Program-made: the position numbers and the translations under genes | The notes under the pieces: model-generated | Seen by the model: only the letters and a program-made list of their open reading frames with translations | Told to the model about the DNA's origin: nothing | Database searches by the model: none | Origin: Cyanophora paradoxa CCMP329 | Lineage: Eukaryota; Plantae; Glaucophyta | Reading direction: 5' to 3' | Length of the DNA stretch: 30,723 nucleotides | NCBI GenBank assembly: GCA_004431415.1 | Contig: QPMI01000497.1 | Coordinates: 1 to 30,723, forward strand | Part shown: one piece after another, positions 11,230 through 19,382 of the stretch | Layout of the letters: the number at the start of each line of letters is the position of its first letter | How positions within the stretch are numbered: position 1 is the stretch's first letter

Positions 11230-12498
11230 ATGAAAGAGCTTGTCCCAGTAGAGATCCCAGTTGCCATTGCAGTGAAAGAAACTAGCAAGATTGCCAAGAG
11301 ATTCTATGATGTGAGAACTGGTTACAAAGGGCTTCAAGCTATGAGGGCTGAGTTACCTGATGAATCCTATAAGCAGTTGCAAGAGTTCTATAAGAAACAG
11401 GAAGTTGTTCAGATCAATGCACCAGCTATATCTAGAAAGAGAGATCCCATGGTCCCAATCAGGCAACCCCTTGATACCTATGTGATTGATTTGCTCTTTT
11501 TCCCAGCTTATAAGAAACAAAACAATGGCTATGATACTTTTATGACTGCAATGGAATCAACACTGAGAACTGGTTATATTATACCTATAAGGGATAAATC
11601 AGCTCTCACTACATTAGCTGCATTTAAACAGCTTGAAATGAGAGTGGCAAGACCCATAGTAAAGGTTCAATCAGATGCTGGAAGTGAATTCCAAAATCGA
11701 ATATTCCAGGAGTATTTATCTAGTAAATACATAGAACACCAAGTGAGTGGAACTGCTGACCACAGAAGCCAAGGTCGAATTGAAGCCTTTAACAAGCAGA
11801 TTAAGAGACTGATCACAAACTACTGCATAGCTAATAACACAGCTAGATTCTTTGATGTGTTAGGTGATATTGAGTATAATTACAATAATACAGTTCACTC
11901 AGCTACTAAGATGAAGCCAGGCGAAACTACAGAGGAGCATTATAGGTATATAGTGGGATTAGAAGATGAAAGATTCAAGAAATCAATAGCTTATCTTGAC
12001 ACCATGCAGCCTGGCATGTTTGTTAGAGTGAAAGTTGAGAAGAACCCCTTTGCTAAACAGGGTAACAATTGGTCTAGGATGGTTTACACTGTTGATAGTA
12101 GGGAAGGCTTTAAGTTTAAGCTAAGGAGTCCCACTGGTGAGATCATAGAAAACAGGTTTGCTTTCCATGAGCTGTTGCCTGTGAATGCAGTTGAATATCT
12201 AGAAACCCCTACAGTGGATGCCTTAGAGCAAGCTAAAGAGGAAGCTAGGGTTGATGCTGCTATAAGGAGAGAAGGCATAGAAGCTGCTAATGAAGTCCCA
12301 GATAAGCCTTTGATAGAGGCTAGGAAGGAGAAGGCTGGGAAAGTTAATAGGGAACTCAAAAAGCTCACCATAGCAGGCACACAGAAACTTTCAGAAGTGA
12401 ATAGCCAGAGATGGTATAGTGACTTTCAGACTACTAAGGAGTCATATACAGCCCCTAAACCTCAAAGAACACTAAGAGAGAGGACCAAAACTAGCTAG
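11230..12498 (+). CDS. Retroviral-like (rve, DDE) integrase of Polinton type, intact; frame open from 11107
   Basis: YVIDLL (D), VQSDAGSEF (D), QGRIEAFNKQIK (E), YNNTVHSATKMKP, GMFVRV..F.K...NWSRMVYTV. Confidence 0.95.
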   Translation: MKELVPVEIPVAIAVKETSKIAKRFYDVRTGYKGLQAMRAELPDESYKQLQEFYKKQEVVQINAPAISRKRDPMVPIRQPLDTYVIDLLFFPAYKKQNNGYDTFMTAMESTLRTGYIIPIRDKSALTTLAAFKQLEMRVARPIVKVQSDAGSEFQNRIFQEYLSSKYIEHQVSGTADHRSQGRIEAFNKQIKRLITNYCIANNTARFFDVLGDIEYNYNNTVHSATKMKPGETTEEHYRYIVGLEDERFKKSIAYLDTMQPGMFVRVKVEKNPFAKQGNNWSRMVYTVDSREGFKFKLRSPTGEIIENRFAFHELLPVNAVEYLETPTVDALEQAKEEARVDAAIRREGIEAANEVPDKPLIEARKEKAGKVNRELKKLTIAGTQKLSEVNSQRWYSDFQTTKESYTAPKPQRTLRERTKTS

Positions 12499-12987
12499 TT
12501 TGCTAGCCGAAAACTCGTTTTTTCCAAATATATGTATGACTGATATACATATATGCATATGATATACACATTGTCTTGTAGATCTTTTCAAGCGCTTCAC
12601 AGCGATATGCAGAACGTTGCGATTTGATAATCTGGTGATGAGATACAAGCGTTTGAAGATGCCGATTATCGATTTTTCGAGATTTCGGAATGATGCATCA
12701 TAATGATGTAATAATGATGTATCATAAACACATAACATATATATATCGCCGTGATCGTCATGATCTCCCGAGTTCGATGGTGTGTCATATATATCATATA
12801 CATATGCATCGTCATTATGACATCATTTCGTAACATAACACGTCCGTCATCGTCTTTTTTCCGCAGCGAACAGATAAGTGAACAGTTAACGAGACAACTA
12901 TTGTAATAGTGTACTGCAACAACAATTGAAAACAAGATATGCGGGAAAGCTATTGAAAGACAATGAAGCAAATTGCGAACAATTAAG

Positions 12988-13066
12988 TGAACAGTTAAGT
13001 GGACACCTGTTGGGAGTAGGCAGTGTCTACTCGTTTATCGTGAAACGGTGTCCACTTAACTGTTCA
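12988..13066. repeat. Branched hairpin: perfect 20-bp inverted repeat enclosing an inner stem-loop
   Basis: TGAACAGTTAAGTGGACACC (12988-13007) / GGTGTCCACTTAACTGTTCA (13047-13066); inner GAGTAGGCA-G-TGTCTACTC (13014-13032). Confidence 0.85.
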
Positions 13067-13251
13067 TTTAACTGTTGACGAAAACCCATGCATTATGACA
13101 TCATATCATTAAACCACATACAAAACACTAAAATGCATGTATCTCTTCACCAACTCATCATGTGACAAAACCAAAAACAGATTCGGAATCCTCTTAACGA
13201 GGCCTGCCTGACGATGTAAGTATCATAGGCTCAATAATTCATATGTTTATA

Positions 13252-13415
13252 AGCATCTCCCCTAGATTCCCCCTATTATATAATATTTATATTAAAGTGG
13301 ACTCAAGGTTGACTCATATTAATCGTAAAAGTAGTAATAGTATATGGATTTTGTTACGAATTCAATGCAAGGGTTGACTAAGTGGGTTGAGTTGACTCAA
13401 ATTTCACAGGAAATA
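13252..13415 (+). repeat. Inner part of the right terminal inverted repeat of copy 1
   Basis: Near-identical reverse complement of 18269-18432. Confidence 0.9.
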
Positions 13416-14125
13416 TTTGGGACCAAAAGTTTTCTAAAAAGGATTTCAAAAAATGTGTCAACTCCCCCCACTTAGTCAACCCTGACCATAAACAGTAAGG
13501 ATTTGAGCTAACATGTATCACAAAGTGAACATTTTGAGTCCACTTAGAAGATCCACCTAACAGTTTAGAGTCAAATTTACTTGGGAATTCGATTTGTATA
13601 AAAAAGTGAGTCCACCCTGACCATATTCAATAAGCATTCCTCTTAATCCCCTTGTTTATATTTACATTGATTAATATTTAATACTAAGTGGACTCATGGT
13701 TGATTCATATTAATCGTAAAAGGAGTAAATGTATATAAAAATGTGACCATTTCAATGCTAAGGTTGACTAAGTGGGTTGAGTTGACTCAAATTTCAGAGG
13801 AAATTTTGAGATCCAAAGAATATTCTATAAAAGATTTTGAAAAATGTGTCAACTCCCCCCACTTAGTCAACCCTGACCATATACAGTAAGCATAAGAACT
13901 TAAATGTATCACAAAGTGAACATTATGAGTCCACTTAGAAGATCCACTTTTGAAATCAAAGTTGATTTTGCTTGAAATTTCAAAGTTGATCTAAAAGTGA
14001 GTCCACCCTGATTGATTATGGTAACAAAGTTGACTAAGTTGACTAAGTTGAGTCATCTTAAGAAATTCAAGAAGACTAAGAGTTCAAAATGTTTATGAAA
14101 AGTGAGTCAACTTAGACCACTTATG
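13295..14125 (+). repeat. Two diverged direct repeats of about 390 bp (starts 13295 and 13686) plus a partial third, each a palindromic GTTGACT/AGTCAAC cassette
   Basis: Shared blocks GGTTGACTAAGTGGGTTGAGTTGACTCAAATTTCA, GTCAACTCCCCCCACTTAGTCAACCCTGACCATA, ATGTATCACAAAGTGAACATT, GAGTCCACTTAGAAGATCCAC. Confidence 0.9.
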
Positions 14126-14139
14126 GTAACAAAGTTAAA

Positions 14140-14399
14140 TATTTAATTGATTTAATCGGAAAAGAACATGATTTAATCGAATTTATTGATATAATTCCGA
14201 TTAGATTCATTTAGGATTCAATTAAGATTAATCGAAGTTATAGATATAATTCCGATTAACTACAATTAAGATACAATATCGATTAATCGAGTTTATCGAT
14301 ATAACATCGATTAAATTAATTGAAAATGCATGTAAAAATATGAAAATTCATGTGAAAATTCAAATAAATTAATCGATTTTATTGATATAACATCGAATC
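14140..14399 (+). repeat. Subterminal AT-rich degenerate repeats (TTAATCGA..TTTAT.GATATAA..CGATTA)
   Basis: About four copies; a related unit occurs inverted at about 17880-17935. Confidence 0.7.
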
Positions 14400-14472
14400 A
14401 CACATATGAATATTCATATTTTAATCCTGAGGCGGAACGCCGAGGGATTAAAATATGAATATTCATATGTGT
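14400..14472. repeat. Terminal hairpin of copy 1: perfect 28-bp inverted repeat with 17-nt loop
   Basis: ACACATATGAATATTCATATTTTAATCC (14400-14427) / GGATTAAAATATGAATATTCATATGTGT (14445-14472); loop TGAGGCGGAACGCCGAG. Confidence 0.92.
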
Positions 14473-14477
14473 CACAG

Positions 14478-15158
14478 ATGTTCCCGAATCTCGAGGTGCC
14501 GGTTCCCGACCAGCCAGGACCCAGCCGGCACACTCGGCACCGCCGCGGCCCGGTTCCCGTCGTCAACGCCACAACAGCCCCTGCCGGTGAGCTTAATGAG
14601 TACATTAAGAAGCAGATTCAGCAAGGCATAGACCGAGGGGTAGAGTCCATCCGTGAGCACCAGCATCAAATCGCTCAGGAGCAGCAGCGCGAACAGCATG
14701 AAGCAATGCAGCTTAAGAATACCTGGCTTCGGGAGTTTGCGTTCCAGCTGATACAGCTGCGTTTCCAGCTCAAGGGGCTCCTCTCGTGTGTCGCCTGTGC
14801 AGCAACCCTCAAAGCGTCTTTGAAGCAGCTCGAGGAGCTTAAGAAGAAGATAGATATCCGCGACAAAGGCGGCGATAAGACAGCCGAGGCGCTCGCAGCT
14901 GTGCCGGAGGAGCACCGCGCGCAGACCGCGTCGATGGCGTACGCGCTTCGTGTGGCTGGCGTCGGCGCCGGTAATTCGTATGCACCAGCTGAGCGCCAGC
15001 CGTCTAGCTATCGGCCCCCGCAGCGGCAGCGCGTCGAACGCGAGCAGGCGCCCACCGCCCAGCGGAACGGCGGCGCTTGCTTTAGGTGCAACCAGCACGG
15101 CCACCATGTGAAGGATTGCACCAACCCGCCGCGCCCGGATTGGCGCGAGAAGAAGTAG
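14478..15158 (+). CDS. Gag-like protein with C-terminal CCHC zinc knuckle
   Basis: CFRCNQHGHHVKDC after a coiled-coil region. ATG 14478 preferred over 14406, which lies inside the viral hairpin. Confidence 0.75.
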   Translation: MFPNLEVPVPDQPGPSRHTRHRRGPVPVVNATTAPAGELNEYIKKQIQQGIDRGVESIREHQHQIAQEQQREQHEAMQLKNTWLREFAFQLIQLRFQLKGLLSCVACAATLKASLKQLEELKKKIDIRDKGGDKTAEALAAVPEEHRAQTASMAYALRVAGVGAGNSYAPAERQPSSYRPPQRQRVEREQAPTAQRNGGACFRCNQHGHHVKDCTNPPRPDWREKK

Positions 15159-16289
15159 GCGGCTTCCTGTGCCCAGCCTTTCGGGCGCAGCTGTAGCTAT
15201 AGAGTGCTAGGTTTTTTTCGTTTTCGTGTGGCCCCAGACTTGGCATGTGCATGTGCTCGTAGCTGTGCTGTGCTGTGTGTGTGCCATGAAGGAATAAATC
15301 TGGGCTTTCTTATGTGTGTTTGAGCTTGCATTGCATTTGTGGTAATGGGTCTGTGGTGAACACTAGCTTGGCAATTGCAATGTGCATGACCTTGTGATCG
15401 TTTCAAATTTGCCATAGTCTACAAGGCCTTGTAACTACGAATTTTGCATAAGCTTTGAGCATCACAACTTTGTGGGCCATAAGTGCCACCTGGATGACTC
15501 CAACCTGGTGCGAGCCCCAGCCAATCCCCAACAGCCTGACCTCTTCTCGTCCCAGGTCACATCAGGCTGCGGTCGAGTTGCCGAGTTCCTGGCCAGCAAC
15601 GGCCATCTCGTGTGTCGCTATCGCGCGCTGGGTGCTCAGATCTAATCATTTGAAATCATCTCTTGGTATCCAGGTGTGTCTCCCAATTTTCTATTCTGTT
15701 CCGCAGGTTGGCGCATTCATCCAGAGGTGTGCATGCTGGACAAGTTTTGAAGCATTCAAGAGAACAAGTTGTGTACTTGCATGAGTCCATATGTGTGTGC
15801 TGTGCATGCTGTGATGTGCCTTCATTCAAGAACTTCGCGCATCCACCGTGGAGGTGAACGTCAGGTGTTGTGATAAGCTCATACCTGTGACACGCTCACT
15901 ATTAAAAACTTCATGATCAGACTTGGCTTAGAAGTGCTTAGCAGCAAGGCTGCTTGTGGCAGGCATACTACTGAATATGCGAGCGAACGCGTAGCATATG
16001 ACTTTGTATGCCTGCCACTCCGTAAGCAGCCTTGATTCTATACAATGATTGTTAGGGGTACAACCTTCAGTCTTCTTTCGCGCGAAGCAGTGAAGATTCC
16101 TCACGTTCGCGTGTCACAGCCGCCCTCCAGCGTACCAGCTCCAGCTCCAACTCAGCTCCAGCTGCAGCTTGAGCCAGACTCAACTGCAGCTCAGCCTGTC
16201 AGCTCGTGTCGTTGATAAGATGTGGCGACAATTTAAGGCCTCAAGCCCACTTCCCGTGCGCTTGTGACTTTTAGCCACCAGGTTCTTTT

Positions 16290-17170
16290 GTGGCGTCCTG
16301 CATCCGTGAGGCCTGGTCCCAGTGGAAGGAGATTGGTGCCAACTATGTGGTGTTGTCATGGATACGTGACGGTTTCCCGCTGACTGGGGCCCGCAATCTG
16401 CCACCGGAGCATCGGCGTAATCACAAGTCTGCAGCCGAGGATCACAGGGATTTTGTGCGGACGGAAATTCAGAAACTCTTGCGCACCGGGGCCATTCGTG
16501 AAGTCCAACAGCACGAGGTGAACATTGTGTGCTCCTTGTCCGTGGTCCCGAAGAAGACCGGCTCCAAACTTCGTTTGATCTGGGACGGTCGACCCACCAA
16601 TCAAGGTCTACCAGGTCGGAAATTTCGATTTGAGACTCTTGAGCATGTGGCGGCAATGCTCCGTCAAGGGTGGTACATGTTCACCATTGACCTAGAGTCT
16701 GGCTATCACCACGTGCCAGTGGCGGAGCAAGATTGGCGCAACATGGGCTTCTCTTTTGACAGCAAGTACTATGTCTATACGGTTTTGCCCTTCGGCCTTC
16801 GACACTCGCCTTTTGCATTCGTCAAAATTATGCGGCAAGTGGTCAACTATTTCAGGAAACTGGGCATCTTTGTTGTCAACTATGTGGACGATTGGTGGTT
16901 TGCGGCTCCTACTTTCTTAGAGGCCTGTAAGCTGCGAGACTTTGTGCTGGCTACATTTAAACGGCTTAAGTTGGTGGTCAACAGCAAGTCAGCGCTTACC
17001 CCATCTCAGTCAGTGGCTTTCCTGGGCTTCATTGTGGACTCGGCTCGCATGTTGTTTGAGGTTCCTGGCGACAAGCTGAGCAGACTACTTCAGCTGATCC
17101 GCAAGCTCCTACGCAAACACTCAGCATCTGCCCGTGATATGGCAAAGGTGGCAGGCACCTTGGTATCCAG
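16290..17170 (+). pseudogene. DIRS-type reverse transcriptase, interrupted by a MITE before RNase H
   Basis: WKEIGA..VLSWIRDGFPL, VVPKKTGSKLRLIWD, FRFETL, IDLESGYHHV, LPFGLRHSP, YVDDW, FLGFIVDS. Confidence 0.92.
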
Positions 17171-17379
17171 TAGGAGGCGGAATATTGCCGAGGCGAATAA
17201 TTGCCGTAAATTGCCGAGACGCCGAATTCGGCAATTTAACGACTCGGCAATGTTGCTGGGGGTAGGTATTTTCCTATCCCGCCATAGAGCAGAATTTGGA
17301 TTCGGCAATTTATCGCCACGGCAATTCCGGTTTTGGACGAATTCGGCAATTTTTCGTCTCGGCAATTTTCCGCCTCCTA
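17171..17379. mobile_element. 209-bp MITE with imperfect TIRs of about 36 bp and 3-bp CAG target-site duplication (PIF/Harbinger-like)
   Basis: CAG|TAGGAGGCGGAATATTGCCGAGGCGAATAATTGCCG ... CGGCAATTTTTCGTCTCGGCAATTTTCCGCCTCCTA|CAG; internal TTGCCG/CGGCAA repeats. Confidence 0.8.
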
Positions 17380-17536
17380 CAGTACCGCCGCGGTGTCGCG
17401 GCGGTGACGGTCTGCAGGCTGCAGGCTGCAGCCTGCAGCTGACAGCCTAACAGGCTGACGTCGACAGTGCCTGAGTCAGCAGTCTGACACAGACTGCAGC
17501 TGTGAGTCTGTGCCACGGTGACTGAGTCACAAAGTT

Positions 17537-17819
17537 ACACATAGTAAAATGCGGAGTTTTAACCCTCGGCTTATCTTAATTGATTTTGTTGATATATCTC
17601 GTATATTCTATTTCAATCAATCGTTAATCTGTGTATATCTTATCGAATATTCATTTATTTCGTTTATTTTGTATTCTTTTCGATATTTTATCGTAAATTT
17701 CTCTTATTTTCCGATTAGTCTTACTGAGTCTATCGATAATCTGTATATATTTCCGAATAATATAACTGAATCTCAATTAGATCTTGCCTCTGGTTAAAAC
17801 TCCGCATTTTACTATGTGT
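17537..17819. repeat. Terminal hairpin of copy 2: perfect 28-bp inverted repeat with 227-nt AT-rich loop
   Basis: ACACATAGTAAAATGCGGAGTTTTAACC (17537-17564) / GGTTAAAACTCCGCATTTTACTATGTGT (17792-17819). Confidence 0.92.
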
Positions 17820-18070
17820 GATTGGTCTGTTTGTTAATTGATTTAATCGATATTATATTCATGTACTTTCTCGATTAAATTTAATTAAATTTAATTCATT
17901 TAATCGGAAATATATCGCTAAACTCGATTAAGATCCATAAATGATTCATTTGTTAAATAAAACAAATCGATCTCTTATTGAATCCAATCGTAATTATACA
18001 TGAAACTTATATGTTTTTATCATGTTTTAATGATTCTAAGGGGGGACCCTTAGGATTTTTGAAATAATTG

Positions 18071-18173
18071 GGTGTGACAGGTGTGACAGGTGTGACAGGT
18101 CCATCCCAAGGAAAGTCCTAGTGAGAAATTGATTTTGAAAATCCACGGGATAGACCTGTCACACCTGTCACAC
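18071..18173. repeat. 9-bp iterons: (GGTGTGACA)x3 facing inverted (CCTGTCACA)x2
   Basis: Direct reading of 18071-18100 and 18153-18173. Confidence 0.85.
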
Positions 18174-18268
18174 ATACCATATTCAGTAAGGACCTCATTC
18201 ATTGTTAAAATCTCAGTGTTAGTTGGTGTAGTTGATTCAAAAAATGCATTTATACTCTGATTCATTGT

Positions 18269-18432
18269 TATTTCCTGTGAAATTTGAGTCAACTCAACCC
18301 ACTTAGTCAACCCTTGCATTGAATTCGTAACAAAATCCATATACTATTACTACTTTTACGATTAATATGAGTCAACCTTGAGTCCACTTAAATATAAATA
18401 TAATATAATAGGGGGAATCAAGGGGAGATGCT
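18269..18432 (-). repeat. Inner part of the left terminal inverted repeat of copy 2
   Basis: Near-identical reverse complement of 13252-13415. Confidence 0.9.
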
Positions 18433-18665
18433 GAGTGTTATTGTAAGGAAATCGAATAGTATTCGAAATACTTGACATTGCTTAATGTAGGGTGCATTCA
18501 TATTTCGGCTACATCATACAGTAGAATTCTATTGTAACAAAAGCTACTGTAGAAAGAAAATCATTGTAGAAAGCTATTGTAGGAAAGGATATATTATATC
18601 CTTTTTTAACGATTGCCATTGTAATAAAAAAGGTAAATCACCCTGATTATCATTATAGAAACTCA

Positions 18666-19064
18666 TCAAAACGGGAATCTATCATGTTTATGTCTCTCAG
18701 TCTTCTCAAATGTTAAGAAATTCATTGTTTTATCGATCTCATCTGCAACTGATTGTGTTTTATGCTGAGCTTCTTTACCACAACTGAATATATCAATTGC
18801 TAACATGCCTTCATTGGAATAACAATGAGCTGTGCAATGGCTTTCATCTAACAGCATAACCAATGCAAATCCAGGAGGTGATAGTTTCCCATCAAATATC
18901 TCACAGTGTTTATGAACAATTCTTATGCCTTGTCTTAATATAGCTTGTTCAAGGGTTCCCATAATCCAATTACCTAGGAAGCTAACATGCTCATGTCCTG
19001 TTGCAATAGCTGATTTAGCCTTGTAATCAAGCATAACATGAAAGCCTCTGTATTGAGTCTCCAT
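18666..19064 (-). CDS. speD: S-adenosylmethionine decarboxylase proenzyme-like (prokaryotic/phage class 1B type, pyruvoyl-dependent)
   Basis: HVMLD..., PPGFALVMLLDESHCTAHCYSNEGMLAIDIFSCG: E-S autocleavage site, downstream H and D-x-F-S-C-G motifs. Confidence 0.88.
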   Translation of the reverse strand: METQYRGFHVMLDYKAKSAIATGHEHVSFLGNWIMGTLEQAILRQGIRIVHKHCEIFDGKLSPPGFALVMLLDESHCTAHCYSNEGMLAIDIFSCGKEAQHKTQSVADEIDKTMNFLTFEKTERHKHDRFPF

Positions 19065-19087
19065 TAAGAATACCTTAGAAAAATTAA

Positions 19088-19360
19088 CTAGTCAAACCTA
19101 ATGCAAATATCCCTATACTCTACTCTGATTGATGAAGTAGCTCTTTTCCTGTGTGCTTGACTCTTTCTTTTGTTACAGTCCCTACACCCTGATCCCTTCA
19201 CATGATTAAAGGGATAGGTAAGGATCACTTTATTACACTGCAAACATCTCACAGATACTTTCTCTTGAGCTTTGATGTAATGTGTCTCACTGTAATCGAA
19301 TTTATCTTTACCATGGACTGTCATAGCAGCATCAATAAACTTTTTTGTTTTACTATCCAT
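19088..19360 (-). CDS. Zn-finger protein of the repeat type found in phage/NCLDV endonucleases (DUF723-like), stand-alone
   Basis: FIDAAMTVHGKDKFDYSETHY...KVSVRCLQC...NHVKGSGCRDC. Confidence 0.7.
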   Translation of the reverse strand: MDSKTKKFIDAAMTVHGKDKFDYSETHYIKAQEKVSVRCLQCNKVILTYPFNHVKGSGCRDCNKRKSQAHRKRATSSIRVEYRDICIRFD

Positions 19361-19382
19361 ACTCTATATATAACCAATATTC

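Larger units (their letters stand above)
1..14472 (+). mobile_element. Endogenous Polinton-like virus, copy 1 (right half, ending in terminal repeat region and terminal hairpin)
   Basis: Penton, MCP, A32 ATPase, primase-helicase, pPolB and rve integrase in one cluster. AT-rich sequence switches abruptly to GC-rich DIRS sequence after ATGTGT at 14472. Confidence 0.88.
14473..17170 (+). mobile_element. Truncated DIRS-like (tyrosine-recombinase class) retrotransposon
   Basis: GC/CpG-rich segment with a CCHC Gag-like ORF and a DIRS-type RT. No RNase H or tyrosine recombinase is visible downstream. Confidence 0.78.

Noticed and set aside
12472-12971. Minus-strand ORFs of 88 and 101 aa
   Set aside because: Low-complexity translations of AT/CA-rich non-coding DNA with no motifs.
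13295-14399. CRISPR-like array
   Set aside because: Repeats are degenerate, palindromically arranged and irregularly spaced; no cas genes.
14406-14477. N-terminal extension of the Gag-like ORF
   Set aside because: It is read through the viral terminal hairpin by chance.
14472-15107. 211-aa antisense ORF and the other short antisense ORFs over recognised genes
   Set aside because: Shadows of well-supported genes on the opposite strand.
17171-17450. C-terminal part of the 386-aa RT ORF
   Set aside because: It is a translation of the MITE and downstream repeats, not RNase H.
14473-17536. Target-site duplication linking the two facing viral ends
   Set aside because: Flanks CACAGA and AAAGTT do not match, and facing ends of two separate copies are not expected to share one.
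17549-17797. 82-aa hydrophobic ORF
   Set aside because: Lies within the AT-rich hairpin loop; F/I/Y-rich composition is expected from base bias.
18050-18340. 96-aa minus-strand ORF with CHTCHTCHT / CDRCDR motifs
   Set aside because: Artefact of the 9-bp iterons and the TIR.
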